From NCBI GenBank assembly GCA_002633005.1, contig NMRA01000044.1:1224283-1288282 (forward strand): DNA of 64,000 nucleotides, given 5' to 3'. Source of the DNA: Phoronis australis. Taxonomy: Eukaryota; Animalia; Phoronida. This document shows, one piece after another, positions 26,916 to 40,232 of the stretch (positions within the stretch are counted from its first letter, which is position 1; each line of letters begins with the position of its first letter). Made by a program: the position numbers and the translations under genes. Under the pieces are notes generated by a model that ran no database searches, was not told the origin of the DNA, and worked only from the letters and a program-made list of their open reading frames with translations.

Positions 26916-29055
26916 CTACTTACACTTGGTTTTTTAACATTTTGGGGAACTTTCCAGCCTCTTCAAAAATGCTGACGTCATACAATCAAGTTGAAGTCCT
27001 CTAAATAATCTTAGTCACCTTTTTGTAGTATTAGCGCTTTCATATGGATGAGAAAAACGATACGAAAGTGCTAGGTGTGGACGGAGCTGAAAACTGTTAG
27101 GTTTAGCATTATGTATTTAGAAAAAAATGTTATAATAATTAGTCTGCACAAATTAGTTTAGTTTCAAAAACGGAGAATGTGTAAATAAACAGTACGACAG
27201 ACTGGAAAGGTAACTGCAGAACATCTAAAATGCAACTTGACCAGAAAATCCAGCTTTTAGCAGAGATAAATGTCCTTACAAAGATTCTCCTCATTTGGAT
27301 CACTAGACGTGTCACCAACCTGCACTGTGATAAAGTAAAGGAAAGATAAACATGGTCTTAATAATTTGGGAATGCTAAGTCAGTGATATATGTTTAAATA
27401 AGAAAGCGGTTATCATATCCACACTACCATGAAAAAATAGACATTATTGTACAGTGAGAAATACACAGGTGTTCACATCAAAATCGGTTAAAAATCTCTT
27501 ACAGTATGAACATAAAAATAAAGGCGACAAACATATTCGAGAAGTCAGTGAAAAACATCCACCTCATTTTAAAACTGCTTGTTACTTCGTTTTATGTTAC
27601 AAACCTCCTTAGCAGCTTATACATGCACTTACTTTTTAGTACCTGTGGCTACCTTCATGCTCCGGTTACGCATGCTGACGAAATGATACGTTTAAAGCAA
27701 AGATTGTAAAACATGCGTGTAGGATTTTCTACTTCATCGCTTCTCCGCCTCTCCGAACACACGACAAGTTTCTAAATTTAGCTACTCTGCAGACAAATCT
27801 AAACGTTACCAAACAAAACAGTGTGCGGTTACCTGGTGAGGTTTATACACAGAGTGCATGATGTTTATTAAAATACTTCGGGTAAGTTGATTAAATAAAA
27901 CATTTTTTGATATACACGCATACGAGATTAACCACTTATCGTCATTTTTAAGTTACGTCTTTACCAAACACTTCTCTAAGTTTTCAGGCATCTCGTAATT
28001 GACTCTAAACGTAGCGTACAGTCACAAGTAATGCTGCTAATCGATTCCAATTGATCGAGATATTAGCAAAACCCCCACAGATAATAGATAATCTTTGACG
28101 TTAGGTCCACCGACACTAGACATATAAAATTCGCCCTACCTTATTTTCAAGATTCGTAGCAGTCTAACGCCACCATCGTGGAATAATATTACAACAAAAT
28201 TTTCCTCAAATGCCAAAATACGAAAAAACTAATGGTTTTATCGGTCAATTATTCTATTTTCTGGATCCGCAGACCGTGGCCGTACCATTTGGTATCCCAA
28301 TAGACAAAAAAATACCTAAAATTGTCCTTAGGCTGTCATTTTCCATAATTGTAATGGGTTTTACCAGATGGTAGTAAGTTAAGCAATTATACTTTTCTCA
28401 AACTCTTTTCAAAATACGTCGAGTGCCCTTAATGCGTCTGGTATGACAGTGACCATATGTTTTTGTAATTTGAAGGTTTTTCATTCAATTAAAAATGAAA
28501 AGAAGCAAAGGTATGAATTGGAGATGCAATAATGATATCGTTAAGCGGCAATAAACCCGCGTTCCGTCAAAGTATCTAACTTAAAGCCACTTGACGATGT
28601 AAAACTGGCCCCGGCTTCTTGCTTACTCTGAAGGGAGGTGATTTTTAGGTTTACAAAGAACTAACGGTTCGTTATTCCTCGAGACCATGTTCGGCGCATA
28701 AAATGAACCTCTGTGACGATCCAATATCGGAGTTGCAACCGCACCATATTGGAAAAGAATCAGAATGTTTCATCTTGGGTAAAGAGGTAACGTTCAGTAA
28801 ATAAATATGTCAGCAAGCGAACGGGAGAAGCGGTCACGGGAAAGTTAATATACGTATTGTGTGCCTGGCTCCTTTGATAACAGTGAACGAGATAAAAAAA
28901 GTTTAGTTATACTAACGAATTCCCGGAGATCAAGAAATTCATGAAAATTGGATAAAAACAATGGTATAGCTGAAAACAAAGGGCTGTTTAATGAATTCGC
29001 TCCTACCTTGCAGCATGAAGTAGGCAGCGCTCATGATTTTGGAAGATAAAAAATA

Positions 29056-29198
29056 GAGAATCCTACACGAGTCTCAGGTTTATGATATAGGCAAAACCTC
29101 TTGGAAATTTTGTCAAAATCCCGAGGCTTGCTGAGGGATTTTGACAAAATTTTCAAGAGATTTGCCCATGTCATCAATCTGAGACGAGTGTAGGACTC
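29056..29198. mobile_element. ~140-bp hairpin element, possibly a Crypton-like non-autonomous element
   Basis: Arms tcctacacgagtctcag...ttttgtcaaaatcc and ggattttgacaaaa...ctgagacgagtgtagga around a cgaggcttgctgag centre. The hairpin is seen directly; the family assignment is from recollection only. Confidence 0.7.
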
Positions 29199-31348
29199 AT
29201 CTTCTCACATGAACCGTAAAAACGATCTTTTTTGCTGAAAAACTCGACGTGTCTAAAACTTTCAACCACACGACGCAACTTTTGTAAAAACACGCTTGCG
29301 CAATGTTAAGTAATTCAGTTACTTTTTGTTAATAGTTTTATTTTAAGTTTGACAATTCTAAATTGCATTCAGCTTTCGTAGCAAATATACAAGTTAGAAT
29401 CTAATAAATAGTCTTTTAAGTTGTAATATTTAAACTTAAAAATTGTTTATAAATAAGTCAGCAAGGCTTCCTCGCGCGAGAGCACTGAATTGACAGTGAG
29501 ACAGCACAGCTAGAGAATCTCGTCGCGTTTCTTGATTTGGGGCTCGTCTCCGTTTGAATGAACGTGGATATGGAATTTTTCCGCAGAAGATGGGTCCGTT
29601 TAAGAAATTGTTTGCATGTCCTTCCTACTGGGAGTAGGTACAGTAGCAACACCTGATTTGCAATCATAACCTTGTTACCTTCTCGGAATTCCGGCATTGT
29701 TTGATTGACGCGGGTTTGGTTGTTTTAGCGTTTTGCAGACTATAAAATGTAAGGCACATGGATTTCTACTTTGTGATTCGTCCATGTAATATCAAAAAAT
29801 TACGTACTCGGTGTTATTAACCAGTCGTGTCGTAACACATTCCAGGTCACGTGAGAAAACGTACCTTGGAGGCTGTCTTACAATATTTCCCCTAGAAGAA
29901 ATAACAACAAGCTGGCACTCCACGGTTGACAGAGGATTGTGAAAGAAAATGTTTCCGCTTGACCAAAACTCAGACGACCGGAGCATTCTCCACGTTGATT
30001 CTGCGTCTGGGACCAGGAAGTGGAAAGCAGAGTGGCTGCAGTGCTGGCCATCGAGAACAGCTACCGTTTACAGACTAGACTGCAGTGAAAGCAGATTGTA
30101 GGATATTGTTAAGAAAGGTAACGAAATTATTGACAGTATGAGGTCAAGAATAAGTGAACTTGTGGAGGAGTTCTCAAAGGTCAAGGACGAGCTTTTTGTA
30201 TGTAAACAAGAGTTATATCACACAACCAAACATTTGGTCAAGAAATGGGGAAGTGACAATGAAAGAAAGTATCATGTGATTAAGCTGGAGTTATGATGAA
30301 CAACAAAATAAATTACAATTAGTTTAGAGGGAATAAACATGAAACAATAAATTTTACATCGAATTCAACTGGTTACGGTCATTTCGTTTATTATTTTGGT
30401 TATTAGCAAGTTCATGCCATATCTTTGTATAGGTTATTTTTAAATATTGGATGTCATTTTGTCCCTCTTGTTCTTAAAACGTTGATGTTTTCATGTTATT
30501 TGATTGGAATAAATTACTAACATAAATTTAACATGTGCAATACATTGCTGAAGTCGGGGCAGATAGGGTCTTTCTGCGTAACAACGGACACTCATTCGAT
30601 TTTATTTATGGCTTTACGCTCGTTTTTGTTGACGTACAACTTCGGGGTGATAAATTGGCACTTGGGAATTGAAGTTGTTGTACGAATGGCAAAATGCAAA
30701 ATTTGAATAATTAAGGCATGTATCACAGTTGCGGCATCATACTTCTGTGGGTAAGCAAGAAAGGGACACATATGTCCACGCACACATCTGTCCCAAACCG
30801 TACGACGGCTAATGTAAACCTATCGCAATGACGTGGCAGATTACATTCGCGATTGCCCGAAATAATACTGTACATGCAGATGCACATTTTTACAATATAT
30901 TTTCTAGGACTACATTGCTCCCAGATATTTATCATTCTCAGGCCATTCCTGTTTCCTCTATCAATCCCAGTAGGCTTTGCGCTGACTAATATCCGGACAT
31001 GCGCATTCGCCTGCAACTTTGTAGAGCTATGTCTGAAGCGATATCGACGTCCCAGTTCTTTCGAAGTATTTCTGTCAGTAAGCGCCTTTATTTGAACGGT
31101 GGTCGCGGGTACACTTTGATTTACGGTGCAGCATATGCAGGGGTCAAAACTGTGTTGGCATGAACGCGAACAAAAATACTTAAAATTTAAAACGAGGCAT
31201 TGCGTGTAGGGTCATAAATAGTTAATGTCGTATTAACTCGGCCATTACATGAAAAATTGATTCGTATGTTTCCGAAAGTCAAGTGTTACAGTGCCCTCAG
31301 TCATCTGATTTATCTACACAAAAACAGCGCTAGGGATGCGTCCCGTTG

Positions 31349-31892
31349 GGTTTCATGACATTAGTCCGAAGGTGTTCTAGTCCGAAGGTGCACTAGTTCG
31401 AAGGTGCGCACTAGTTCGAAGGCGCACTAGTTCGAAGGTGCGCACTAGTTCGAAGGCGTTAGGCGCACTGGTTCGAAAATATATGATATTTCGTACTCAG
31501 AAGTATTTCTCATATGTTTTACATGCAAGAATACACAATACTCCTGTTGTTAGTCGCAGTGATGCAACCCTCCCTATCGAAAACAACCTCCAGTCGGGTA
31601 CCAATTCACTTTGTTCGGGTTTCCCGCACGTGCGAAATCGAACTTCAAGGCATGCCTCGAGTGGTTACAGGCCGGAATGTTCTGAAAACCAGAGTATGAT
31701 TCAGATGCAGTGCTGCACTTGCTACTGTGTATCAGAAAGTTTCGTAGAATGCCCACAAAAATGCATTTTAATGCTTTATGGCTCAGTTTCGCCTTATTAT
31801 CGGACCTTCGGACGAGTGCACCTTCGGACAAGTTCACCTTCGGACTAGTGCACCTTCGGACTAGTGCACCTTCGCACTAGTGAGCTGCTCCC
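31349..31892. mobile_element. Mutator(MULE)/foldback-type element with 16-18-bp tandem-repeat arms and a 9-bp TSD
   Basis: GTCCCGTTG|gg...(ctagt[ct]cgaaggtgca)n ... (tgcaccttcggactag)n...cc|GTCCTGTTG. A 9-bp TSD (one mismatch) with G..C termini fits Mutator-like elements. Confidence 0.8.
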
Positions 31893-32124
31893 GTCCTGTT
31901 GTGGATCATTCTCTCTTGCTACGGCAAGTCACGATAAAACACGAGAAGAGAAACAAATCGTAACGTTCGTCAAGCTGCACCAACTAGTAAGTGAACCGAA
32001 GCACAAAACACGTGTTGAGATGTCAACAAAGCATCTGACAAGAAACCGTATTAAATAATTTAGATTCGCTAGCATAGTATCTGTATAAAAATGAGACCAT
32101 GAACAGTGATAAGATACTCAAACC

Positions 32125-35100
32125 TAGGTCGAGAAAAATCTAGCCAAAATCACGTGCTCTTTTTGAAAATACACGGCGATATGACCGACGCGCAATATCT
32201 TGTTTTTTTAGCGAGACACAAGGTAGTATTGAACTCTACCCTGTTCTGTGTTGCCTAAAGCAACTGCGTAGAGCTCATAAGCTGTCTCAGGACAAGAAAA
32301 TCAACCCAAAATCTCGTGTTCTCATTTAAAATACACGACGATATCTCACGTAATCTCGCGAACTCTTGCTTTTTTGGCGTACAAAGGTCCTAGCGTTACT
32401 GAACTCTACCCTGGTCTGCACTCATATTTTTATTATTTGCAGTGGGTCTGTAACACGTTGTACAAAACCTGTGCAGGCCGCGGGTGTGGGCCCATTGCAC
32501 TTATCACTTGGAACTATTTTTATGCTTTATTGATATATAGTTAAAACCGAGCTGAGGAGCTAGAAACCTGACTCAAGGCTCTAACAGTGTGGCCCAGTAG
32601 GACTCGAACCCTAGTTTGCTGACTTGGTCTAATAGTTCGTTGAGGCACATTCCGCTACCTCCGCTGCGGAAATGTATCAACGAACTGATAGCTCCAAATA
32701 AAGGACCTGTGTTTTACATTTCATCCATTTTTGCATGTCACAAACTACCTTCAATCCTTGGGGGCCTTTTTGCGCGTAATGCGGGGTAAAGGATACGCTA
32801 TCTGGCGTCGCACAATCAAAATTCAGATTTTAACGCTTAGAAAATTAAGAAAGTGGGCGGTACCCGAAAAAATACCTAATGATGAAACAATACTCGCGAC
32901 AGCACCAATTTCGCCACCTACCTTTCATTTCTTTCGTTTGCTCACCCGAAGCGACACATGTGAAAATGCTCACCCGTGACGATTCCTGAAAGAGCACAAT
33001 ACTCGCCCCCTTTGCGACAACGTCACTAACAATCCCGCCAATGGAAGACCCTCGATTTCTCTTCGCTTATCAGCGTTGGTGGGTGATATGGAAGACAGTC
33101 GTGGTCATAAGGAGAACACGGACGAGAAGATGAGAATGTGTTGTGCGACAAAATGTGTTAGATGTTGACGGCGCACTCGATGTGTATTGTCACCCGGGCG
33201 ACAATATGTGGCGAGCACGACTTTTGGTTCCAAACCTGTTTAATCAGTGCAAACCGGTGACCGTAAAGTCTGGAATTACCTCACGTGATGTCTATAGGAT
33301 TATGGACGTTTAGTTCATATTCTATTAACCTAATCAGTTTGTTTTACTGCCCGCACAACAACGTTAATTCAGGTGAATACATGCGTTGTCATCATATAAT
33401 GCACCGGCAGGCGTGTGATGAGCCGCAAAAAGTCGATCAGTGTTATTAGGCTATATTACGAAGTGGTTACGTTCAAGTGATTTCTTATTATACAAGTACT
33501 TTCAGAACAACACGAGGCATGACGTACACTAAGAAATTGAATGATTCGCATTAAAGCTCATTTACGGTCATAAAATATAAACCCGTATCATTACTCCCTG
33601 TTCTGATGACAGAATTGTTTTAATTAATAATTTGCTCTTATTAAAACATGCAACTTTCTTCATTTCTTCAAGGACCAATGGACCCACACCTTCTGACAAA
33701 ATCCAGCTTTTCAGTTAGGTCACGTGGTCTCATCTCTTTCCTTTCTCAGACAAGACATGATTTCATAGGCTTGAGAAGAACATTTCGTTATCACACCAGA
33801 CCAGGCCTTTGGCTTGTCATGGTGAATTCATTTCAGTCGCAAAGGCAATGCAGCCGTCAGAATTATTTTAGGCATTTTTGTAACCATTTTAAAAGCAAAC
33901 AAAGGTTGAGACCGCTATTGCGTCGTTTGGAATAGCAAATACACTTGTGAACGAAAGCAGTGGCAGCGGAGGAATTCTTGGTGCAAAGCTGTATAATATA
34001 CAGTTTTGAATCGATGTGGGTCAAAACTGGCCAATTCAAGTCTTATACAAAAATAACGCCTTTAAAAAAGTATATTTTCATTGAATTACGTAAACTAAAC
34101 CAGTGTAAAAATATTTCCGCTCTACCGTAGTATTCTGCTACTAAATTTGTGGGTCGATAACATGCGTTGGCTTTCAGCGTCACTGGCATGCAAAAGAACA
34201 TCGACTGGGACAAATTCTTCAGTCAACNACATAACAATCACGTGTTTTGTACACATACGCGCACGCCGCAGATCACATCTCGGAAATTGCCGATTTGACG
34301 GATGACAATGAATGAACACAATGAAATTAACAACGTCGTTTTACAGCTTGTAAGATTCATAATAAAAGTATTTTGAATGTTGCAATGCATGTGTTCCAAA
34401 ATCTAAATAATTTGGGTCCTATATTTTTGTATTAGTGCGCCCGAATGAAAGTAATCGTGAGTGTTGCTGTGTTGCAAAATCTCTTATCCTGGGCAGATTT
34501 GAAAAATTCAAAGTTGTACTCATATTTGTTTTCGCTCCCCTTTTCAAATATTACAGTAAAAACTACGTAAAACTCTCACCATAAAAAGTACAGTCTGCTA
34601 GCTAGATTGTAATCAGCTGATCATATCCGCATGAGCGAAGCCAATTATCTTCGCTCGTGACTCGATGACTAGAGCAGCCTGGCGGCATCCCTTTGATCGT
34701 GAGCTGAGTGCGACTCAGCCAAGGTGGATAAATACGGTCTACTTCAATTTTCCATACCCCGACGTTTACCTTAACCACCGGGGTTAGAACCAATTTTATT
34801 TAGTGGGAATGTTCATAGCATGACTGTTTTTCTTCCAAAAGGTTGTGTACAGTTCACACCAAGTTCTCAGGATGAGTTTCAATTCGTTATAATTAAGCTG
34901 TTAATATTTTATTACCAGCAAACCGATTTTCTGAGCAAATTTTGCTTCGGCGAAGCTGTCATCTTCTCCCGAAAGATGTCGCAAAAATAGCAAATTGCGC
35001 GTGCGCGTTTCACGAGCATACTGGGTAGAGTCAAAGACGATAACGGTCTCTGGTAGAGCTCAGTAACTCTAGGGCCTCGCTAAAAAGCAAGACTTCTCGA

Positions 35101-36660
35101 CTTACGTGATATATTGCCGTGTATTTAAACACGTGGTTTTGGCTAGATTTTTAGTGAGGTATTAGCGTTTTTGAACTCTACCCTGTTAGCAGACATGGTA
35201 GACAACAACATTTCTTCGCTGCAAAAGCCAGAGAATGACGTAGGAAAATGACGTTTATGAGATTGCTTTCCAACGGGTATGGTGAGTATTGGTTGACTAC
35301 CAGATTTTACAGGCATCCTCGCCAGTCGCGGTGAAAAGAAATGAAACGTAACTTCATATACTACTTACAAGTGTACCTAGATATCGGACGGACCTAAAAT
35401 ATCGGACTCCCTATTAAATCTTACCAGAGGCAACAGCTGAGCAAAAAATCACACCAATTTTTGGTTCCTTGCAATGCGCTATCAACGCTCGACACCGCAT
35501 CATTTTTGTAACACTGTCTAGTTTTGATTTCGCAGAGAAAGGGTACAATTTAGACTCCTGGCCCAAAGTAGACTATATCATAAACCGGTTATAAAAGTTG
35601 AAATCAAAATCCTCCGTAATGAAAACGTCTGAATGAACCTGCATTGCACGTGCGCGTGTCAGGCCAAGTTGGCAGAGTTCAGATTGCACGTGCCTTGGTC
35701 GTCTGCACTGATTCATTGAAATAACGCAATGCTGTGATCTTTTAACACTTCATAAATAATTGTATTGCTAACACAGCTATGTTCTTGCAGCAAATATATC
35801 AAAACACACGAGCTGCAATTTGGCGACAAAGTGACCGCGGACATTACATGTGTACTTGGTTTACCGCGATGCCGATGGTGTCCGATATTTGGTTCTCTGA
35901 TGCCGATGGTTGTGTGACTTGTGTTCTTCACAGATCAGCCAAAATGTTAAAAGTTTCAGTAACAGAACAATTCCGTAAACGTAAGTCTTTAATTAATTAT
36001 AGCATTTATAACAACCCGTAAGGCGTAATATTTTCAAGGAAATATTATGGACTGTGTCAAAACGTCCGATGTTAAGTCGCTTGAAAACAGGCGTGCGTTC
36101 AGTAGACGCTAGGACCTACGCTAGGACCTAAAACCTAGTCAAAGTCACGTGTTCTTATTTAAAATGCACGGTAATATCTCACGTAATCTCGCGAAGTCTT
36201 GCGTTTTAGCGAGGTCCTAGCGTTACTGAACGGGAGGCAGGATAGAATTTAGTAGGTGTCTCGCGACTAGAAAGTCACGTGATCTTATTTAAAATACACG
36301 ACAATCTTATGTAATCTCGCGAAGTCATGCTTTTTAGCGAGGTCCTAGCGTAGCCAATACTCAACTCTTAAACAAAGCTGAAGGACAATCGCATGGTATA
36401 ATTATAAAATCGCTCAAAAAAGTAGCAGCAGAATAAGGGAATAACGGTATTTTCAATACAGTGGGGCCCACTTAATGACATGCACTCGGTTCCGATGCAA
36501 ATTATGACAGTATCCAGGGAAAAGTTTAATAACCCTAGGACCTTGCGACAAAAGCAAGACTTCACGAGATTACTCGAGGCATTGCCGTGTAAGTTCAGTT
36601 AGAACACGCGATTTTGGCTAAATTTTTCTCGCCGTGAGACAGCTTTTGAACTCTACCCTC
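32125..36660. mobile_element. Cluster of a MITE family with CAGGGTAGAGTTCA-like ends (copies ~32125-32243, 32270-32414, 35021-35185, 36095-36232, 36240-36352, 36520-36660)
   Basis: Recurring aaa.tcacgtg.tctt.tttaaaatacacg.c.atatctcacgtaatctcgcgaagtcttgc.ttttagcgaggtcctagcgttactgaactctaccctg on both strands. Further copies near 8060, 18461, 45900-46165 and 46950-47210. Confidence 0.85.
32425..32667 (-). mobile_element. tRNA-derived SINE
   Basis: Minus strand: A-box-like TAGCGGAATGTG, B box GGTTCGAGTCC (32610-32600), ccttgag core-like segment and an A-rich tail. No intact cloverleaf. Confidence 0.65.
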
Positions 36661-36837
36661 GATATTCTATTATCCAGTATGACATTAAGTGGATTTCACT
36701 AATCTGTAATACAGGAAGAGTGCAGTTTTCAAGGACATTAATTTGGGCCAGATTTTGTTCTCCAGTTTTTACTCACATCGTTCCAAAGCTGTATACTTGC
36801 ACAGTCTTCAAACAAGGCTATAGTGGTACCAGTTTAA

Positions 36838-37262
36838 GTAGCAGCGGTAGCAATAGCGACTACAGCAGCAGCAGGAGGAGGAGCAGCATCAGGAGCAGCA
36901 GCAGCAGCAGCAGCAACAGCGGCAGCAGCAGCAATAGTAGCGGTACTAGTTACTGTAGCAACAAAAGTAGAGGTACTTGATACAATTATAGCAGAAATAT
37001 CAGTTGCAGAACCAGTTGCGGTTGCAGTAGCGGTAACAATTCCTTCAGCAGTGACAGCACTAGCGATACCAGTTGCTTCAGCAGTGACAACAGCAGCGGC
37101 AATAACAACAGTAGCCTCGTAGCAACACAGTAGGGAAAGTAGCTGCTGTAGTAGTAGTAGTAGCAGCAGCAGTAGCAGTAGCAGCAGCAGCAGCAGTGGC
37201 AGTAGTAGTAGCAGTAGTAGTAGCTGCAATAGCAGCAGCAGCAGCAGCAGTAGTAGCAGAAA
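36838..37262. repeat. (CAG/TAG)n trinucleotide microsatellite region
   Basis: Read directly; source of the poly-L/poly-A/poly-S ORFs. Confidence 0.95.
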
Positions 37263-38161
37263 GTAGAAAACGAGACAAAAGTCCATTGGAAAGGTAAGAA
37301 CTAACAAAATTCGTGGAATGCACAGTTTATAGCCCTGAACTGTCACCATACACCCTGAATCTTAGTAAAAGGTTCATATTCTCAAAAATTCGAGCCCCCA
37401 TCTTTTAGGCTGGGTGCGCCCATACATGGCAACACAATACAAAATCTAAACGTACACACTGCGGGTTATTGTGAATTAACCTCTGGTTGTTAAATTACAA
37501 GACTATTTCAAATCAGTAATTTCCAGTATAGAAGCGCGCGTAGATACTTGACGAGCAACAGGAGGGCACGGGAGACGAGAGTTAGTGGGCTTCCCCCGGC
37601 CAAATTTTCAGAATGTATTCGTGTCAACGTGAATTATGGTTCATGCCAGTCGTAGCCTGTTATGGTGTATAAGTTAAACTTACACTTCAAAAATTGCATG
37701 AATTTTGGTTTACAATTGGCAGTGTATGAACTATGAGCACCTAATCCGTTACACACGTATTCTGTTCAGCACTATCAAACACGATGCCTCTGACAGTCTG
37801 ATCGACACAGCGAGTTTTGTAGGAACGATCTTCAAAGAAATACTATTCATAAGCTTCGTTGTGAAGAGTACTGTCTCATATTTTATCGTTATAAAACCAT
37901 GTATAACATTTTCCTTGTGTAAATCGCAAAATAGTTGTCTTGAAGTTCGTCCATTTTTCGATTTCGGTCAATGCTATTTTGTTCTGTGGACTTCACGAGC
38001 AACTTGAATTTATTATGCTTCGCTAATGAATAGTTGTCTGTGCTGACAGTGTAGGACAGACAAAAGAGTATTTGACTCAGGCCTCCCTCCAAGAGAGGTC
38101 CCCGTTTGAGAAGGAGCCCCATAATGTGAAGAGCATGCTATCTAAATTACTCCAATATGAA

Positions 38162-38415
38162 CTGTGGCGGATCCAGGAATTTGAGTTAGGGCACAGGAAT
38201 AACCAGAATTTCGACACATACGCGTTCCCAGCCTAAAATGTAGGGATGCAGGGGTCTCCAATTTTTGGGTTTGCGGACCTTATTACTAAAAAAAACGGTA
38301 AACTGGGTTTATTCAAGGCCTATACATTGTGCATTCACCCACCCGAGAGAAATGGTATCTGAGAGAATTTTAGGGGAGGCATGGCCCCCTTGCCCCCCCC
38401 CTAAATCCGCCGCTG
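38162..38415 (-). mobile_element. CAGTGGCGGAT-type hAT MITE, copy B
   Basis: ATGAA|ctgtggcggatccagga ... aatccgccgctg|ATGAA, perfect 5-bp TSD; reverse-oriented and longer than copy A. Confidence 0.85.
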
Positions 38416-39109
38416 ATGAAAACCTATATCGTGAGTAAAAGTGACTGTTGATTCCGTCTTCGGGCCACCTTCCTTAACAAAAACAAGAAAAGAGAAGCAA
38501 TTGATTTCATTGTTGTGAGTGATCCCTTAACCAATCGTAAAACTAAGAAAAAAGCAGAAACATGGTATCCATGGATGCCATCAGCGAGCCCCCTCCAAGA
38601 GTTAGTGTTTACATCAAATGATATCGAATTTTAAAGAAACGGGAAAAGAACGACAAACGGTTGCAATGCCGCTTACCAGAGAGGGTTCCTAGAGAGATAC
38701 AGCTTTACTTTCCCAAAAATTTGTCTTCTTAAATTTAAAAATCTGAACCAATTCGATCTTTAAAATATGTGCATAAGTTTTCTCGCACTTTTCGGAGTTT
38801 GTATGAATCCATTCTGCAATTTCTAAATGGATAACCCTAACAAAATTGGGACCGCACCCCCAAAAAATTACTTTAAAACGGGTAGTTGACAACCGTTTTC
38901 TTTTTTTCTGTCTCTTCTATATGTTTCGCTGTATCTTGAGTTCTTTTCTCGACTGCAACTGATACCCTGCTGCTCTCATTTCCTTCGCTACCAAGGTTTC
39001 GTCCTCAAGCCTACTAATTATTGAGGAACACGTACGGTCGCTTCCTACGTCGCTGTTCAGTTGGGGTGCTGCCTCCCAACTTCATAAGGTGAAGGCACTT
39101 GTCTCCCCT

Positions 39110-40232
39110 CCCCCCCCCCCCCCCCCCCCCCCCCCNNNNNNNNNNNNNNNNNNNNNNNNNNNNNNNNNNNNNNNNNNNNNNNNNNNNNNNNNNNNNNNNN
39201 NNNNNNNNNNNNNNNNNNNNNNNNNNNNNNNNNNNNNNNNNNNNNNNNNNNNNNNNNNNNNNNNNNNNNNNNNNNNNNNNNNNNNNNNNNNNNNNNNNNN
39301 NNNNNNNNNNNNNNNNNNNNNNNNNNNNNNNNNNNNNNNNNNNNNNNNNNNNNNNNNNNNNNNNNNNNNNNNNNNNNNNNNNNNNNNNNNNNNNNNNNNN
39401 NNNNNNNNNNNNNNNNNNNNNNNNNNNNNNNNNNNNNNNNNNNNNNNNNNNNNNNNNNNNNNNNNNNNNNNNNNNNNNNNNNNNNNNNNNNNNNNNNNNN
39501 NNNNNNNNNNNNNNNNNNNNNNNNNNNNNNNNNNNNNNNNNNNNNNNNNNNNNNNNNNNNNNNNNNNNNNNNNNNNNNNNNNNNNNNNNNNNNNNNNNNN
39601 NNNNNNNNNNNNNNNNNNNNNNNNNNNNNNNNNNNNNNNNNNNNNNNNNNNNNNNNNNNNNNNNNNNNNNNNNNNNNNNNNNNNNNNNNNNNNNNNNNNN
39701 NNNNNNNNNNNNNNNNNNNNNNNNNNNNNNNNNNNNNNNNNNNNNNNNNNNNNNNNNNNNNNNNNNNNNNNNNNNNNNNNNNNNNNNNNNNNNNNNNNNN
39801 NNNNNNNNNNNNNNNNNNNNNNNNNNNNNNNNNNNNNNNNNNNNNNNNNNNNNNNNNNNNNNNNNNNNNNNNNNNNNNNNNNNNNNNNNNNNNNNNNNNN
39901 NNNNNNNNNNNNNNNNNNNNNNNNNNNNNNNNNNNNNNNNNNNNNNNNNNNNNNNNNNNNNNNNNNNNNNNNNNNNNNNNNNNNNNNNNNNNNNNNNNNN
40001 NNNNNNNNNNNNNNNNNNNNNNNNNNNNNNNNNNNNNNNNNNNNNNNNNNNNNNNNNNNNNNNNNNNNNNNNNNNNNNNNNNNNNNNNNNNNNNNNNNNN
40101 NNNNNNNNNNNNNNNNNNNNNNNNNNNNNACACATCACACACACACACACACACACACCACACGCATACATACATACATACATACATACATACGCACATA
40201 CATACACGCATACATACAATAGCATACATATA
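39110..40232. repeat. poly-C, ~1-kb assembly gap (39136-40129), then (CA)n(TACA)n
   Basis: Read directly from the sequence. Confidence 0.95.

Noticed and set aside
31361-31882. CRISPR-like short repeats
   Set aside because: Units are contiguous with no unique spacers, form inverted arms with a TSD, and the context is eukaryotic with no cas genes.
32586-32667. tRNA gene
   Set aside because: B box present, but no consistent acceptor or anticodon stems; it continues into a SINE body and A-rich tail.
36720-37349. Poly-Leu/Ala membrane-protein-like ORF (171 aa)
   Set aside because: Translation of a CAG/TAG microsatellite.
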